The translations under genes and the position numbers were made by a program. The notes under the pieces were generated by a model. That model was not told the DNA's origin. It searched no databases and saw only the letters and a list, made by a program, of their open reading frames with translations. A stretch of DNA of 63,373 bases, counting the filler, from Chiloscyllium plagiosum (taxonomy: Eukaryota), in assembly GCF_004010195.1 (NCBI RefSeq). It is 3 parts of one record of this genome, joined end to end, with 100 filler letters (N's around TTAATTAATTAA, not from the genome) between each part and the next. Parts side by side here need not be neighbours in the genome. Positions count along the whole stretch, not along the records: positions 1 to 26,415 come from NC_057717.1; 2 more parts are not named here. One strand, 5' to 3'. Positions 13,910-25,642 of the stretch are shown piece after piece; the stretch's first letter is position 1, and the number at the start of each line of letters is the position of its first letter.

Positions 13910-14350
13910 TCCTTGCCGTAGTTGCAACAATGCTGAAAAGCTCAACACCATCCAGAACAGAGCAGCTGAATTGAGCAGCAACACACAACTAATAAAACAT
14001 TGACAAACATCCATTCGCACCACAACCAAACACACAGACATGCAGTCTGCACCATCCAAAAGATGCACTGCAGATATTCACCAAGGCTCCTTAAAAAGCA
14101 CATTACAAACTCACAACTGCTTCCATCGAAAAGGAAAAGGGTAGGAGATGGATAGGAAAGACCTACCACCCACTTACCATTCTGCTCTAGAAATATGTTG
14201 CCGTTCCTCCAAAATCACCGGGTCAAAATTGTGGATTTCACTCCCCTATAATTTGGGTCTACCGACAGCACACAGAAACGATGGTTCAGGAAGGCAGCTC
14301 ATCATCACCTTGTCCGTTCAAATCAGGAATGAACAATAAATGCTGACCCA
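13910..14350 (+). mobile_element. LINE 3' fragment (CR1/L2 group)
   Basis: KLNTIQNRAA.L region followed by W.SLP; ends in aataaatgctg. Confidence 0.6.
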
Positions 14351-14429
14351 CATCCGACGAAGAATGAAAACCATATGCTTTGGTGTTCTGAGGAGTCCGC
14401 TCTTACTGAGATATTTCTGGTTTTATTTG

Positions 14430-15372
14430 AGGAGTATCAAAGATGAGGATTTGCATTTGGGAAACTGAAACGAAGCATCACATCAGAATTTGATGGAGTT
14501 GCTTTGTTCCATGTCGCCTGAACCTCACCGGCCTTTGAAAACGAAGGCAGAAAGCTACATTCACAGTGGAGTGAAAGCATTCACTATCTGAACTATGGAG
14601 ACATAATTGGAGGGGCGCTGGAGAGAAACTGCGGTAATGTGTTGACGATACAATTACTTGTCTGCCCTGAAAGTTCATCAGTGCAACCACACCGGGGAAA
14701 AGCCATTCAACTGTTCTGAGTGTGGAAAGGGATTTGCTCAGTTTTCTAACTTGCTGACTCACCAGTGGGTTCACACGGAGAAGAAACCATTTAATTGTCC
14801 AGAGTATGGAAAACGCTTTAAAAGTTCTCACGAACTGCCATCAATGTGTTCACGTTCATGAGAAACCATTCAAGCGTTCTCACAGAGGCAGTGGGTTCAG
14901 GCCGTCATTTTATCTCATTATACATCTGCGAACTCAGTGAACAGAGACCGTTCGCCTGTTTGAAGAATGGGAAAGGATTCATTCAGTCATTCAGTCTGCT
15001 GAGACAGCAGTGATTTCACACAGAGTAGAGATCTTTCGTCCGCTGTGTTTTGAAGTAATTAATTGATTCCGGCAATCTGCTGAAATACAAGAGAGTTAAC
15101 ACTGAAAAGAGACCATTCACCTGCTCTTACATTTCTCAAACTTACTGAAAGACGAGCGAATTCATATTGGCAACAGGCCATTCATATGTTCTGAATTGGA
15201 GAAATGTTGCACTTCAGCCATCTATCCTCCTGATACACCAACAGGTTCACTGTGACAATAATTTGTTTTAATGACGCAGTGTCGGAAATGCTTTATAAGG
15301 TTCCAGTAATTGAGGTTCCATAAACATGTTCACGCTGATGCGAACACAATCTTGTGCTCTCACTGTGGGACT
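14430..15372 (+). pseudogene. C2H2 zinc-finger array pseudogene (about 10 degenerate fingers)
   Basis: [44 protein letters not shown], followed by further RPF.C/HT repeats broken by stops and frameshifts. Confidence 0.9.
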
Positions 15373-15744
15373 GTTGTTTCTCGGATATAAATGAATACAC
15401 TTCACAAGGTCTTCATTTAGATGTGAAGAGCATTCAGAAATGCTGAATGCATCGAAATATTTTGAAGTACAAATCCACGCTTAACAATGTAGAAAAGTGT
15501 AAAGAACAGGGCAGTCAATGGATATCTACCAGGATCCTCTAATTGTAGAGAAATCAGGGGAAAAAATCTTTGAATTTGATGTAATTGAAAACTGAACAAT
15601 TAAACACCAGATCAATTAAAGAGATTAAACACATCCAATGAAGTAACCCCCTGCTTACAGAATGAACACAGTTCAATTCTCGATGCAATAACACCATATC
15701 GCAATCACACGCGAGCGCACTGGATTGTTTGCACTATTAGCATC

Positions 15745-15948
15745 TTACCAGGCCGTAGAGTCTGCTGCCTTCATTACAGGAAGAAGGGGCTGGTGGTGAA
15801 TTAACCAGAGCACCACCAGCCCACAGGTCAGAGAATATTTAGTGAAGAACAACCTTTAAATTAACCTCAAACCAGTGATAGGAATTGAAACCACGCTGCG
15901 TGCAATACATTGCATTATAAGCCAACAAAGCAGACAACTGAGCAAAAC
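15745..15948 (-). mobile_element. tRNA-derived SINE (non-HE1 family), old
   Basis: Minus strand gctcagttg (A box) ... ggtttcaattcc (B box). Confidence 0.55.
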
Positions 15949-16029
15949 AGTTTCCACCTGAATGGGGTGTCACACGTGCGAATGAGTAATTGAATCCTTT
16001 GCTACCCACAGTGCAAATCAATTGCCTCT

Positions 16030-16325
16030 CCACGCACGGTGGCTCAGTGTTTAGCACTGCTGCCTCAAAGCATGAGGGGCTGGAGACCTGTCTATGCGGA
16101 GTTTGCACGTTCTCCACGTGTCTGCGTGAGTTTCCTCCAGGTCCTCAAATTTCATCCCACAAGACAAAACGGTGCGCTGGATAAGTGAATTGGACATGGT
16201 ATATTATCCATACCGTAGGTTAATAGTTGGGTAAATATAAGGGAGGGTAAAGGGTTTGAGTGTTCTTTGGAGGGATTGTGTTGCCTTGTTCGGCCGTAGG
16301 GCCTGTTGTTGCACTGCAGGGATTC
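16030..16325 (+). mobile_element. HE1-like V-SINE
   Basis: cacggtggctcagtgtttagcactgctgcctc head; gtttgcacgttctcc V-domain. Confidence 0.85.
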
Positions 16326-16334
16326 CCATGTGTT

Positions 16335-16900
16335 TTCTAGTGTTTCATCACATCATTGCTACTCGTTAAGCTCTTTTCAAAGTTAGGCCATTAAAATTGT
16401 CTCTCATTTGTGGGAACAAGTCATATCTGCTGAGATTGGAGACATGAGTGAATCACTTCCCAGGCAAGGAGCAAGTAAATGTTTCTCGCTCGTGTATATA
16501 TATTCGTGCTCACTGAATAGAGATGACCAGGTGAATCTCTTTTCACACTCGGTGCAGGCCTCTCTACAGTGTGCATATTCTTTTGTATCTGAAGCTTTGC
16601 TGATTTAATAAATTCCTTTTCATACACAGAGCAGAAGAATGGTGTCTTTCCAGTGTTATGACGATTGGATGATATTAGGCGGGGTTGTGAAGATAATCAC
16701 TACCAAACAGAGCAGACAAATTTTCTCTCCCATTGTTGAAGTCGTTTGCGTGCCATTAGGATGGATCGCCGAGTAAATACCTTCCCGTCCATGGAACAGC
16801 TGAGTGGCTTGTCCCCATGTGAACAGGTTGATGTTGAATTAAGATTTTGAATTTAAAACCTTTGAAGATCTTAAAGTTTACTTTTCACCAGTATGGGAAA
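16335..16900 (-). pseudogene. Second, more decayed C2H2 zinc-finger pseudogene
   Basis: Minus strand SHTGEK, PFFCSVYEKEF..HTVERP..CTECEKRFT and related finger remnants. Confidence 0.75.
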
Positions 16901-16906
16901 TAACTT

Positions 16907-17038
16907 CATTCCTGAAGAAGGGCCTGTGCCCGAAACGTCGAATCTCCTGTTCCCTGGATGCTGCCTGACCTGCTGTGCTGTTCCAGCAATAAAGTTTCAA
17001 CTTTGATCTCCAGCATCTGCAGACCTCACTTTCTCCTC
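16907..17038 (+). mobile_element. Solo Penelope terminal repeat with a 10-bp TSD
   Basis: gaaataactt at 16897-16906 and 17039-17048; matches the 3' end of the Penelope arm at 19445-19569. Confidence 0.8.
16908..16943 (+). ncRNA. Minimal type I hammerhead ribozyme
   Basis: attc-CTGAAGA-AGGGC-ctgt-GCCC-GAAAC-GTC-gaat: intact core, 4-bp stem II, 4-bp stem I (attc/gaat), GUC cleavage triplet, palindromic ACGT in place of stem III. Confidence 0.75.
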
Positions 17039-18051
17039 GAAATAACTTGCAAACCTGCCTACAGACAGCATGGCCAATAAGAACACAGAAAATCAAGCCA
17101 GTCCAAGCCAGTCAACGAACATCCAAAATGCCTCAGCATTGACCAAACAGGCTGACAAGGGAAACCATACATGACCACAGTCAGTCACAAACCAGGGAAT
17201 GTACTTCCCAAGACAAACTACCAATAAGCTTCATCGACCCGATAAACACAGCTGGCCCAAAGACTGAAGTGTAATCTAATACCCTAGTGATATCAAAGCC
17301 ACATGAAGCTCAGGTCAGCCGGGGATGCACCAGAATACCTTGCTCACCTCTGGAGAGCAACAATGGTATCACCCCACTTCCAAGGAAAGGGGCATTCTCA
17401 CATACCCACGAAGAGAGCTGCAACCCCCTGATCCCATTCTCGAACTGATTAATGCTGCCGGATGCGTGATTGTGTCTTGATTGTATCAATCACATCCAGA
17501 GCTTGTGCCATAATCTGGATCCTGCCAGGGGAGAGCCGGACGGGCAAGGGAAGCCTGGCAAAATAGAATGAGAGACCGCTGATTAAATTTTTCGCATCAA
17601 TCCTAAGAGATTCCTCAGCTCGAAGGAAATTGACAGGGGCTCCACAAGTTCACTTTTCTTCTGTCTTGTGGTTTCTGATCGTTTGATTTGGATGTCTCTG
17701 TTTGTTTAGCGGTTGCTGACTGCATATCTTGTCATTTTCAGGTGTCTAGCAGAAGTGTGTTTATCCAACAGACAAGTGTTTGGTAACACTGCAGTTTGCG
17801 ATTGTGCGCTCAGTAATCCTTTTTTGCTTGATCTGTCAATCACTCACTGCTTGTGTTTCTGTGAGTACTCCCTCTGTCTTTCCTCAAAAGATGAAGTGCA
17901 ATGCTTAGCAGACAACGCAGGATGTCCATTACGCCACGGGGGCAGGGAATTCCACCCACTGCTTGGATGTGCTAGCTGGGAAACCCAACTATATGGTGAG
18001 AACGGCCCAGGACAGAAATTGTACAAGACGATGTTGAGGAGGCATGTAACT

Positions 18052-18349
18052 TTAGATTCCCTACAGTGTAGAAACATGCCCGTCGACCCAACCAGTCCAC
18101 ACCGACCCTCGGAAGAGTAAGCCACGCAGACCCATTTCCCTCCCACTAATGCACCTGACACTATGGGCAATTTAGCGCGGCCATTTCACCGGACGTGCAC
18201 ATCTTTGTGATTGTGGGAGGAAACCGGAGCACACGGAGGAGTCCCACGCAGACATGGGGAGACTGCAAACTGCAAAAAGACAGTCTCCCAAGCCTGAAAT
18301 TCAACTGGGACCCTGGCGCTGTGAGGTAGCAGTAATAACCACGCCGCCC
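18052..18349 (-). mobile_element. HE1-like SINE inserted in ERV-A gag (copy 1)
   Basis: Full-length SINE reverse complement; tgtaa(c/a)t flanking repeat. Confidence 0.9.
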
Positions 18350-18460
18350 TGTAAATACGTGAACTTCAAAATAAAGATTGGAGATTGTCTTGTTATACCT
18401 GGTTCACTGGCAGACACTGTGCTGAAAGTGACAGGGGATGACATTGCCCACTTTACAGGA

Positions 18461-19569
18461 AAAGCGCAGCAGGTCAGGCAGCATCCAAGGAGCAGGAGAA
18501 TCTACGTTTCGGGCATGAGCCCTTCTTGAGCAATGAGGAAAGTGTGCCAAGCAGGCTAAGATAAAAGGTAGTGAGGAGGAACTTGGGGGAGGGGCGTTGG
18601 AAATACGATAGGTGGAAGGAGGTTAAGTTGAGGGTGATAGGCCAGAGTGGATGTGGGGGCGGAGAGGTGAGGAAGAATATAGCAGGTTAGGAAGGTGGTG
18701 CTGCCTTCGACGGTTGGGACTGAGACATGGTGGAGAGAGGGGAAAATGAGGAAACTGGATAAATCTGAGTTCATCCCATGTGGTTGGAGGGTTCCTAGGC
18801 GGAAGATGATGCGCTCTTCCTCCAGCCGTCGTGGTGCTATGGTCTGGCATGGAGGAGTCCAAGGACCTGCATGTCCTTGGTGGAGTGGAAGAGCAAGTTG
18901 AAGTGTTGCGCCACGGGCGTTTGGGTTGGTTGGTCCAGGTGTCACAGAGATGTTCGCTGAAGTGTTCCGCAAGTAGGCGGCCTGTCTCCCCTTCAGGCCA
19001 CCTACTTGTGGAACGTTTCGGAGATCACTTCTGGGGCACACGGACTAACCAACCCAAACAACCCGTGGCTGAATACTTCAACTCCCCCTTCCACTCCAAC
19101 AAGGACATGCAGGTCCTTGGACTCCGCCATCGCCAGACCATAGCAACACGACGGCTGGACAAAGAACGCTTCATCTTCCGCCGAGGAATCCTCCAACCAC
19201 AAGGGATGAGCTCAGATTTTTCCAGTTTCCTCATTTCCCCTCCCCCCACCTTATATCAGCCCCAACCCTCGAAGTCAGCACCAACTTACTAACCTGCAAT
19301 CTTCTTCCTCACCTCTCCGCCCCCACACCCACTCTGCCCTATAACCCTCACCTTGACCTCCTCCCACCTATCGCATTTCCAAGGCCCCTCCCCCAAGTCC
19401 CTCCTCCCTAACTTTTATCTTAGCCTGCTGGGCACACTTTCCTCGTTCCTGAAGAAGGGCTTATGCCCGACTCATCGATTCTCCTGCTTTTTGAATGCTG
19501 CCTGAACTGCTGCGTTTTCCAGCATACATTTTCAGCTCTGATCTCCAGAATCGGCAGTCCTCACTTTCT
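18461..19569. mobile_element. Penelope insertion: two inverted GIY-YIG plus terminal-repeat arms, 13-bp TSD
   Basis: RRLEEERIIFRLGTLQPHGMN (-) and PVAEYFNSP.H...DMQVLGL..RRLDKERFIFRRGILQPQGM (+); ccactttacagga at 18448-18460 and 19570-19582; inversion point about 18992. Confidence 0.9.
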
Positions 19570-20680
19570 CCACTTTACAGGAGACTTTTATACATGGCCA
19601 TAAGGAAATTGACCATATGGGGCGTCCTTTAAATTCGATAAGCTTCAATATTCGACCACGGCCATTCTGGGAGGGCACGTTGACCTCTGCTGTGACACTC
19701 TATACATGCTGAAGTGACTTGCAAAGTTTCGTCAGGTTGCCAAGCAGTATCAGGCCGAGAAAAAAAAGGCTGATGCAATAAGAACCGATACTGAGACCCC
19801 AATAATTCCAGATCCGGCCACACCGCCCTCTGCCCCGCAGTGCCCGAAATTTCCCATACTGGCTTCAAAGCCAGACCCGTTGGGCCTGAATGAAGTGGTT
19901 CAATTTTTTTGCCATGCATTTCATAGCAAGACCGCGATGGGACACATTACCGGTGGGCAGTATGAATTACCACTGCTGTCCAACACAACTGATAACTCCA
20001 AACTCACAAGAAGCCCGACTGCTTGCCGAAATTCACAGGGCACCAACTGCCAGTTTCCCGGCATCATGATTGGATCCANNNNNNNNNNNNNNNNNNNNNN
20101 NNNNNNNNNNNNNNNNNNNNNNNNNNNNNNNNNNNNNNNNNNNNNNNNNNNNNNNNNNNNNNNNNNNNNNNNNNNNNNNNNNNNNNNNNNNNNNNNNNNN
20201 NNNNNNNNNNNNNNNNNNNNNNNNNNNNNNNNNNNNNNNNNNNNNNNNNNNNNNNNNNNNNNNNNNNNNNNNNNNNNNNNNNNNNNNNNNNNNNNNNNNN
20301 NNNNNNNNNNNNNNNNNNNNNNNNNNNNNNNNNNNNNNNNNNNNNNNNNNNNNNNNNNNNNNNNNNNNNNNNNNNNNNNNNNNNNNNNNNNNNNNNNNNN
20401 NNNNNNNNNNNNNNNNNNNNNNNNNNNNNNNNNNNNNNNNNNNNNNNNNNNNNNNNNNNNNNNNNNNNNNNNNNNNNNNNNNNNNNNNNNNNNNNNNNNN
20501 NNNNNNNNNNNNNNNNNNNNNNNNNNNNNNNNNNNNNNNNNNNNNNNNNNNNNNNNNNNNNNNNNNNNNNNNNNNNNNGTGATTTGTTCACTCAGATCCT
20601 CAGCCAAACCCTGACACCGGCTGTGAAAGAATGCGTATCTAGGTAATCGTGGGATCAGGTGGCAGTTTGTTTAGGGTTTA

Positions 20681-20822
20681 GAGTGTCATAAAAGTGGTTA
20701 TGGGAGGCTGGAGTTGAGCGGTGTTTGGGATGTGGCGCTAGTGACTTGGGGAGTGTCATAAAAGTGGTTATGGGAGGCTGGAGTTGAGCGGTGTTAGGGA
20801 TGTGGCGCTAGTGACTTGGGGA
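20681..20822. repeat. 70-bp tandem duplication
   Basis: 20681-20750 is repeated at 20751-20820 with one mismatch. Confidence 0.95.
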
Positions 20823-23414
20823 TTTGGGCGAGTGGGAAGGATTAGAAAAAATGGCAGATTGTTCAGAGCGAGATGTTGGGCATGTGTCGAGGCCTGCACG
20901 TGGCCAAAGTGACTATCCAAATGTTGTTAGGTGGGAGCATTCTTGGCTCGCATTTCCTGGCCAACTAGTAACTTTCCAACTGGAACCCTCCAAATGGTCA
21001 AAATGTAGTGAATTATTTAGGAGGGTCTCCCCATCAATGTCTTCAGGTCCCCAGTTGATTACAACAGAGTCTATGTCCAGGTTTTTGCAGGGGCCTGACA
21101 TGCAACGCCAGCTTGTGCTTCTTCAACAAATATCTGACCACTGGAATGGTTCCGTTCTGACTGAGTTAATGCAGAGAACTATTTATACATTTCAGTGTAA
21201 TTCTCTGGTTGCGCAATCCATTAGGATCTGCGGTAAATGATACTCTCCATTATGTGTTCGGTAGTATATAAGGTATTCGGAAAGTAGATATTCCACCCTG
21301 TGGAATGTCTGGATCTAACCCAGTGGAAGAGTTCCTGTCCTAAACACATGCAGGTTCAATTCCCAAGCAAAGTCACAGGGAACTGGCTGTCCACCTCTGT
21401 GTGTAATGGTCAGTGTCCCCCTGTGCAACCTATAGTGAGGCCCACAGTGACTTCTTCCTGGTCGTGCCTTTCCCATTGGGGAACACTGAGACATTGAGAT
21501 TCTACAGAGGCTGTTCGGTGGGGCCTGGCCACTGAATCTCATCACATTGTTGCTGGGTCTCTTGACCTCACAATTGGAGATAACCCTCTGTCAGCTCGAG
21601 CTGGAGATTCAACAACAGCCAATTGCATTTCCCCCTTAAACACGGCCGCTTAAACGGGAAGTAAGGTAAATCAGAGAAAGTTGCTCAGACAGAGAGAGCA
21701 CTGGGGAGAGAAGCTGAAGTTCTCACGTGTCCAATATCACGTTGCGTTGCAGTGATTACAGCGACTCCAGCTGTCTTTTGCCATTTGAGCTGAACTGATT
21801 GTACTAGAATCTGAAATATGAAAATTAAATCGAGGAAAATACTAAGTGTCAATAAGGGAGAACCTGGACTTTAAGCGTAAATTTTCATGAATCCTAATCA
21901 TACTTTAATTATTATATTGCCAATTAACAGATACTCACAATCTGCTGTAGACTCTTACTCTGCCTGAGTTCCATCTGCTTTCGTCAGAAGTTAAAATGCA
22001 GCAATTAAAAGGATTTCGTGACAAAGAACAAAGAGGGGAACCAGAGGGAACGAAAACAAAATGGAGGTGCAGGAATGATGAGATAACAAAATGATAAGGG
22101 TGCAAAACAGAACCTCTGCATCCCAACTTTCTTGCCCAAAGTTGCTTGGAAGCACAAAGTAATAGGTCGGGAATGGAGTTTGTGGTGGAATTGAGCATAA
22201 GTGCCAAAATGATACTGGAAGCTATGAAATACTGGGACCAGGGATTGGAATCAGGAGGTGTGGCCACGTGGGCAGGATAGGAAAAGTCTTGAATGCAATA
22301 TTGTCAGAACTAGTCAATTAACTGTCGTCCAACCATTGTGGGCAGAGGATGTTCCGTTTCAGAGAATGCAGCAATCATATTTAAAGGCTGTTATCTATAC
22401 TTTCAAACAACAGCTCTGGAGTGCTATTGACTACTAACAAACATTTACCATCAATTAGATTCAGGTTGCTCCCTGATTCACTAAGGTTCCTGCAGGCTGC
22501 TTGAGTACAGGAACAGTCCCTGTTCTATCAAGGCTGGAGAAGATCAATAAGTCAATGTGGGCAAGTTCAGGTAGAGATTGCTGAGGTGGTGACTACGTAT
22601 GGGGAACCTGGTTAAGTTGACAAAAAGGGATCAGCGAGCGGACATTTTCTGGAAGGGTTACAAGGTTAAACTGAATAACTTACATGTGGCCAGAGATGAA
22701 AGTGAAATTGAAAGCAAAACACATGACATCCAGCCATTGCCAAATTCATGGCAGCAGACTGTCCTTCCAAAAGTTCAGGGTAAGGAGGATCCAGTGTGCC
22801 CTGACAGGGTAGATCAGCTGCTGACTGCAGTAACTGGATAATGGGGAGTGGTGAGGTTTCGGGTGAATGGGGGTTGGGGGCCTCACAGGCACTTCCCGTG
22901 ACCAAAAGCAGCTCCTCATCCCCTCTGAAAATGTCACCACGATCCGCGTAGAAATCTCTCAGGTTGTCGGCACCCTGTCGTCTTCAGGCAATTAGACGAG
23001 AGCCAGAATGATCAAAACCAATGGAGAAAACAGATAACAGCTTGACATCACTTCAGCTGTCAGTGCAGAGGTACAAGATCATAGCACCCGCATTTGTTAA
23101 GAAGATCACCTTGAAGACCTTAAATTTCACAAGAATCTACTTTGTTATTACATGTCACCGTGGTGGATCGACATTTTCAATTAATTCTGGTGAGATGCAT
23201 GACAAGTCAATAGCGTCAATTTTGCACCCCTCTGGAAGCAGCGAGTCAGAGAGCTTTCTACAGAAAGGAGCCGTTGGAAAAAGGGCAAGTAGGTGTCGAG
23301 AAGAGCGCACGGAGGTGAATTGGAGGATGACCAAGAGTAGCAAGAGCTTACCTGGTCAGAGGGTTCAGGGCTGTGTGAAATTACTGCCCGCAGCATGGAA
23401 TAATGGGCGTCCAG

Positions 23415-23750
23415 GTTCTCTAATGTGAGACCCTCAAAGGAACAGTGGATACTGGCATTCAATTTACACAAGGTCTGCCGGCTCAGGAGGGCGACTGGGC
23501 AGGAGTCTGAAATAATGGCAGCATCAGTCTCAGTGGCAGGTCCAATACTGAAGTTAATGGGTTAGGAGAGAATGGGTCTGTCATGTGTCCCCCTGAAAAC
23601 CCACCAGTGCAGAGTGTCTTGCAACTCCGGTAATTTTCCGAGTCGGGAGCCGCAGACGGTTGGACAGACCCAGAATCCACCACAAAAGAAATGAGCAGCT
23701 CCCCATGACATCCACATCCACCATCAGAATTTCAGGCGGGGCGTTTAGAG
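23415..23750 (-). pseudogene. pro: ERV-A aspartic protease pseudogene
   Basis: ISFVVDSGS active site, GFSG flap, and ISDSCPVALLSRQTLCKLNASIHC resembling class I CPVNLLGRDLLCKL; frameshifted. Confidence 0.8.
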
Positions 23751-23792
23751 ACATATTGAGATCGCCTGTGAAAAGTCCCTCTCACGATAGTC

Positions 23793-25642
23793 CTAGTTAG
23801 ATTCTGGAGCACGGGGGAAGGGACCAGCCAGAATGTAGGCAGTCTGTTGAAGCTGCTTCTGTTGTTGGTGGACTGCTATCGTGCCTGAGGGGAGAGGGAG
23901 AGGGGAGATGTCTCTGGGCGACATTGCCTGGATCAGCACTGTCTCGCTCAATGTTCCAATTTCACACTGTTCCAGCACTGCCTTCTTTGAATTTCCCTAG
24001 CTTGCTGTACTGGCCTGGTGGTTTCCTTGTCGTTGTTGGTTTGCGCGAGCCAGTCGAACGTCCCCGTCCGTTTTGGTGTAGTGAACAACCCATTCCCGTC
24101 CAATTTACTAAATACAATTAAAGTGTCCGTCCAGCTCGCCGTTTGATTGTGCAACGTGAAAACGTGCGCATATGTAAGGTCTGCACGGCAAGCTTTTCGT
24201 TCTCTGCTAATGGAATGCCCGACGAGGATTCACAGACCAACCTAAAGCGGACAATGACATCGAGCAAGTGTTTGGCTGCTCTGCAGACACTGGAGAACAG
24301 CCCGATATTGGCATACAGTCTTGCACAGGCCTTTATTGCATCTTTCACTGTGTTGTCCAACCACTTTTTCCCAGTCTGAAGCGGTGTCCCAGGTCTGGAT
24401 GGGGATGTCACTAAGAGGGCTAATGGTCACCCAGTGGGTCATATGTGCAAGCTGTAATACGGTCTGCACATCTTGGGACAGACAGATGTATATTCAGGAA
24501 ATTTCGATGACTCAATTGTAGAACGGGGGAGCAGTCACTTCAACGGGTCTGGGGCACCTTGTCGCATGGCCCGGATCTCTGCGTGGATCCAGGTCTTATT
24601 CAGGGGAATGGACCCAATCATGATGCGGGGAAACTGACAGTTGGTGCCCTGGTAATTTCGGTAAGCAGTCGGGCTTCTTGTGAGTCTGGAGTTATCGTTT
24701 GTGTTGGGAAGCAGTGGCAATTCATACTGCCCGGCGGCTAATGTGTCCCATCGCGGGCTTGCTGTGTAATCCATGGTAAAAAAAATGCAGCCACTTCATT
24801 CAAGCCCAACGGGTCTGGCTTTGAAGCCAGTATGGGAAATATCGGGTACTGTGGGGCAAAGGGCGACGTGGCCGTATCTGGAATTGTTGGGATCACAGTA
24901 TCGCTTGTTATTGCAGCAGACTTTCACCTTCGCGGCTTGATACTGCTGGGCAACCTGTCGAAACTTTTCAAGACACCGCAGCATGTATACAGTGTCCCAG
25001 GAGGGGTCAACGTGCTCTCCCGTAATGGCCATGCTACAATAATCAAGCTTATCGGATTTAAAAGACCTCCCATATGGCCATTTTCCTTGTGGCCATGTGT
25101 AAAAGTCTCCTGGAAAGTGGGTAAAGTAACCGCCATTCCCTGTCTCTTTCAGCACAGTGTCTGCCAGTGAACCAGGGAAAACAAGACAATCTCTGATCTT
25201 TATTTTGAAGTTCACGCATTTACAGGGCAGCATGGTTAGCACTGCTACCTCACAGCGCCAGGGTCCCAGGTTCGATTTCAGCCTTGGGCGACTGTCTGTG
25301 TGCAGTTTGCACATTCTCCCCATGTCTGCCTGGGACTCCTCCGTGTGCTCCGGTTTCCTCGCACAATCACAAAGATGTGCAAGTCCGGTGAAATGGCCGC
25401 GCTAAATTGCCCATAGTGTCAGGTGCATTAGTGGGAGGGAAATGGGTCTTCGTGGCTTACTCTTCCGAGGGTCGGTATGGACTTGTTGGGTCGACAGGCC
25501 TGTTTCTACAGTGAAGGGAATCTAAACATACACGCCTCCTTAATATCGTCTTGTACAACTTCGGTCCTGGGCCGTTCTCACCACATGGTTGGGGTTGCCC
25601 AGCTAGCACATCCCAGCAGTGGGTGGAATTCCCTGCCCCCAT
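23793..25642 (-). pseudogene. gag: ERV-A gag pseudogene
   Basis: gccATGg start giving MGAGNS (myristoylation consensus); matrix-like W..GKWPYG.SF; capsid-like KTWIHAEIRAMRQGAPDPLK and D...RF...ESSSG; degenerate CCHC knuckle CWN(S)VKLEH(*)ARQC at 23936-23977; ends in TAG. Confidence 0.75.
25224..25525 (+). mobile_element. HE1-like SINE in ERV-A gag (copy 2), at the same site as in copy 1
   Basis: ggttagcactgctacctcacagcgccaggg head; flanks equivalent to those of 18052-18349. Confidence 0.9.

Larger units (their letters stand above)
17060..20078 (+). mobile_element. ERV-A copy 1 (leader and 5' gag), runs into an assembly gap
   Basis: Diverged reverse-complement homolog of 24610-26415; gag start mutated to ACG at 17936; shares the SINE insertion with copy 2. 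Confidence 0.75.
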
